Position numbers and translations under genes: made by a program
Notes under the pieces: model-generated
The model's database searches: none
The model's input: the letters and a program-made list of their open reading frames with translations, nothing else
What the model was told of the DNA's origin: nothing
Assembly: GCA_963793865.1 (NCBI GenBank)
Contig: CAWCBP010000008.1
Location: forward strand, 673,755-737,754
Source: an uncultured delta proteobacterium
Lineage (GTDB): Bacteria; Desulfobacterota; WTBG01
Direction of reading: 5' to 3'
Length of the DNA stretch: 64,000 nt
Part shown: positions 63,018-64,000 of the stretch, one piece after another
How the letters are laid out: the number at the start of each line of letters is the position of its first letter
Position numbering within the stretch: the first letter of the stretch is position 1

Positions 63018-63232
63018 AAGTTTACAGAGTGCAGTTAATTCAATAAGTTATATTTTATGACGTTGCAGATTGATGCAAAATGTGACATTAAGTAACATTA
63101 AGTACCAGCAAAACGCAACCTATACGCACCTTAATGTTATGTTATAATAAAAAGGAGTATTCCGAATAGGCCCTAAAAACTGTTCTTCTCGTTGAGGAGC
63201 ATGGTTAATTTAATCTATAGAAAGGATGCATC

Positions 63233-64000
63233 ATGACACATACATGCGGCTGGATGGGCAAAATATTGCGAATAAATTTCTTTTCAGGGGAAATTCAGAC
63301 TCATTATACTGCGGAAATGGCGGAGCTTTTTATAGGTGGACGCGGTTTTTTATCCAAGCTGTATTGGGATGAGGTTGATACAAATAAGGATGCCCTGCAT
63401 CCTGATAGCCCACTTATGTTTCTAACCGGTCCGCTTACCGGGACGGGAGCCATTGCAGGCAACCGATGGTTTATTGGTGGCAAGTCTCCACTGCTTTATC
63501 CTGACCAGTTCGGCCTAGGAAATGCTGGTGGCAGTTTTGGCTTAAAACTTAAATTGGCCGGCTATGATGGCTTGATTGTCACCGGCAAAGCTGCAAAGCC
63601 AGTGTACCTGTATCTCAATGATGGAAAAGCAGAGATAAAAGATGCAACCGGGCTTTGGGGGCTGGAGACTTTTAAGACACTCAACCGCCTGGAGTCAATC
63701 CATGGGGGTAACTCAGCAGCTGTGTGTATCGGTCCTGCCGGTGAACAGCTGGTGCGGCTTGCTGTAGCCATGAGTGACCACACCGCATGTGGCGGGAGTG
63801 GTTTTGGGCGCAGTGATGGGTGTGAAAAATCTCAAGGCTGTGGTGGCAAACGGCTCGCAGAAAGTTTTTATTGCCCGGCCTGACGAGCTCAAGGAGGTGA
63901 ACAGTTATATCAGGTCTCTCATGGAAGGCAAAATTCTCATGGATCCTAATGTTGAGGGATTGGAGCTGGTAAAGAGGACACCATGCCCAGGATGCCCTTC
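63233..64000 (+). CDS. Aldehyde:ferredoxin oxidoreductase family protein, N-terminal part; frameshift near 63808; runs off the window
   Basis: GWMGKILRIN, FIGGRG, TGPLTGT, KSP, LKLAGYDGLIVTGKA, CIGPAGE, then GAVMGVKNLKA. Confidence 0.88.

Noticed and set aside
62973..63050. Intact tRNA gene
   Set aside because: Only the 3' half is present; the D arm and 5' acceptor strand cannot be formed.

Overview
Bacterial chromosomal window, roughly 55% GC by eye, with AT-richer stretches at about 51-52.7 kb and 58.4-64 kb. Gene content (HesB-like selenoprotein, aldehyde:ferredoxin oxidoreductase, FrhB-like protein, Tat-type aldo/keto reductase) suggests an anaerobic deltaproteobacterium (Desulfobacterota-like); this is an inference. 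About 55 genes are recognisable. Main blocks: a secreted ferrochelatase-like fusion; crtI-crtB; a PAS histidine kinase; tex; a UGA-recoded HesB-like gene with a SECIS-like hairpin; a GH1; rmuC; two tandem Tat-exported Cys-conserved paralogues upstream of an MMPL transporter; a beta-propeller/di-haem cytochrome; a 13-kb glycosylation locus (three GT39-like, DUF2298, GT2, GT4) bracketed by two Pro-Thr-repeat secreted proteins; an MMPL + binding protein + lipoprotein trio resembling the BstABC sterol transporter; and an XRE-ImmA-AAA-DUF1257-DUF2997 module ending at a tRNA-Arg(CCG) 3' fragment (att-like). At least 11 genes carry single-base indels, probably assembly errors. Intergenic spaces hold several REP-like palindrome families and degenerate 7/8/9-mer tandem mosaics. 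No CRISPR array, rRNA, intact tRNA, integrase or transposase was seen. All family calls come from motif recognition by eye; no searches were run.
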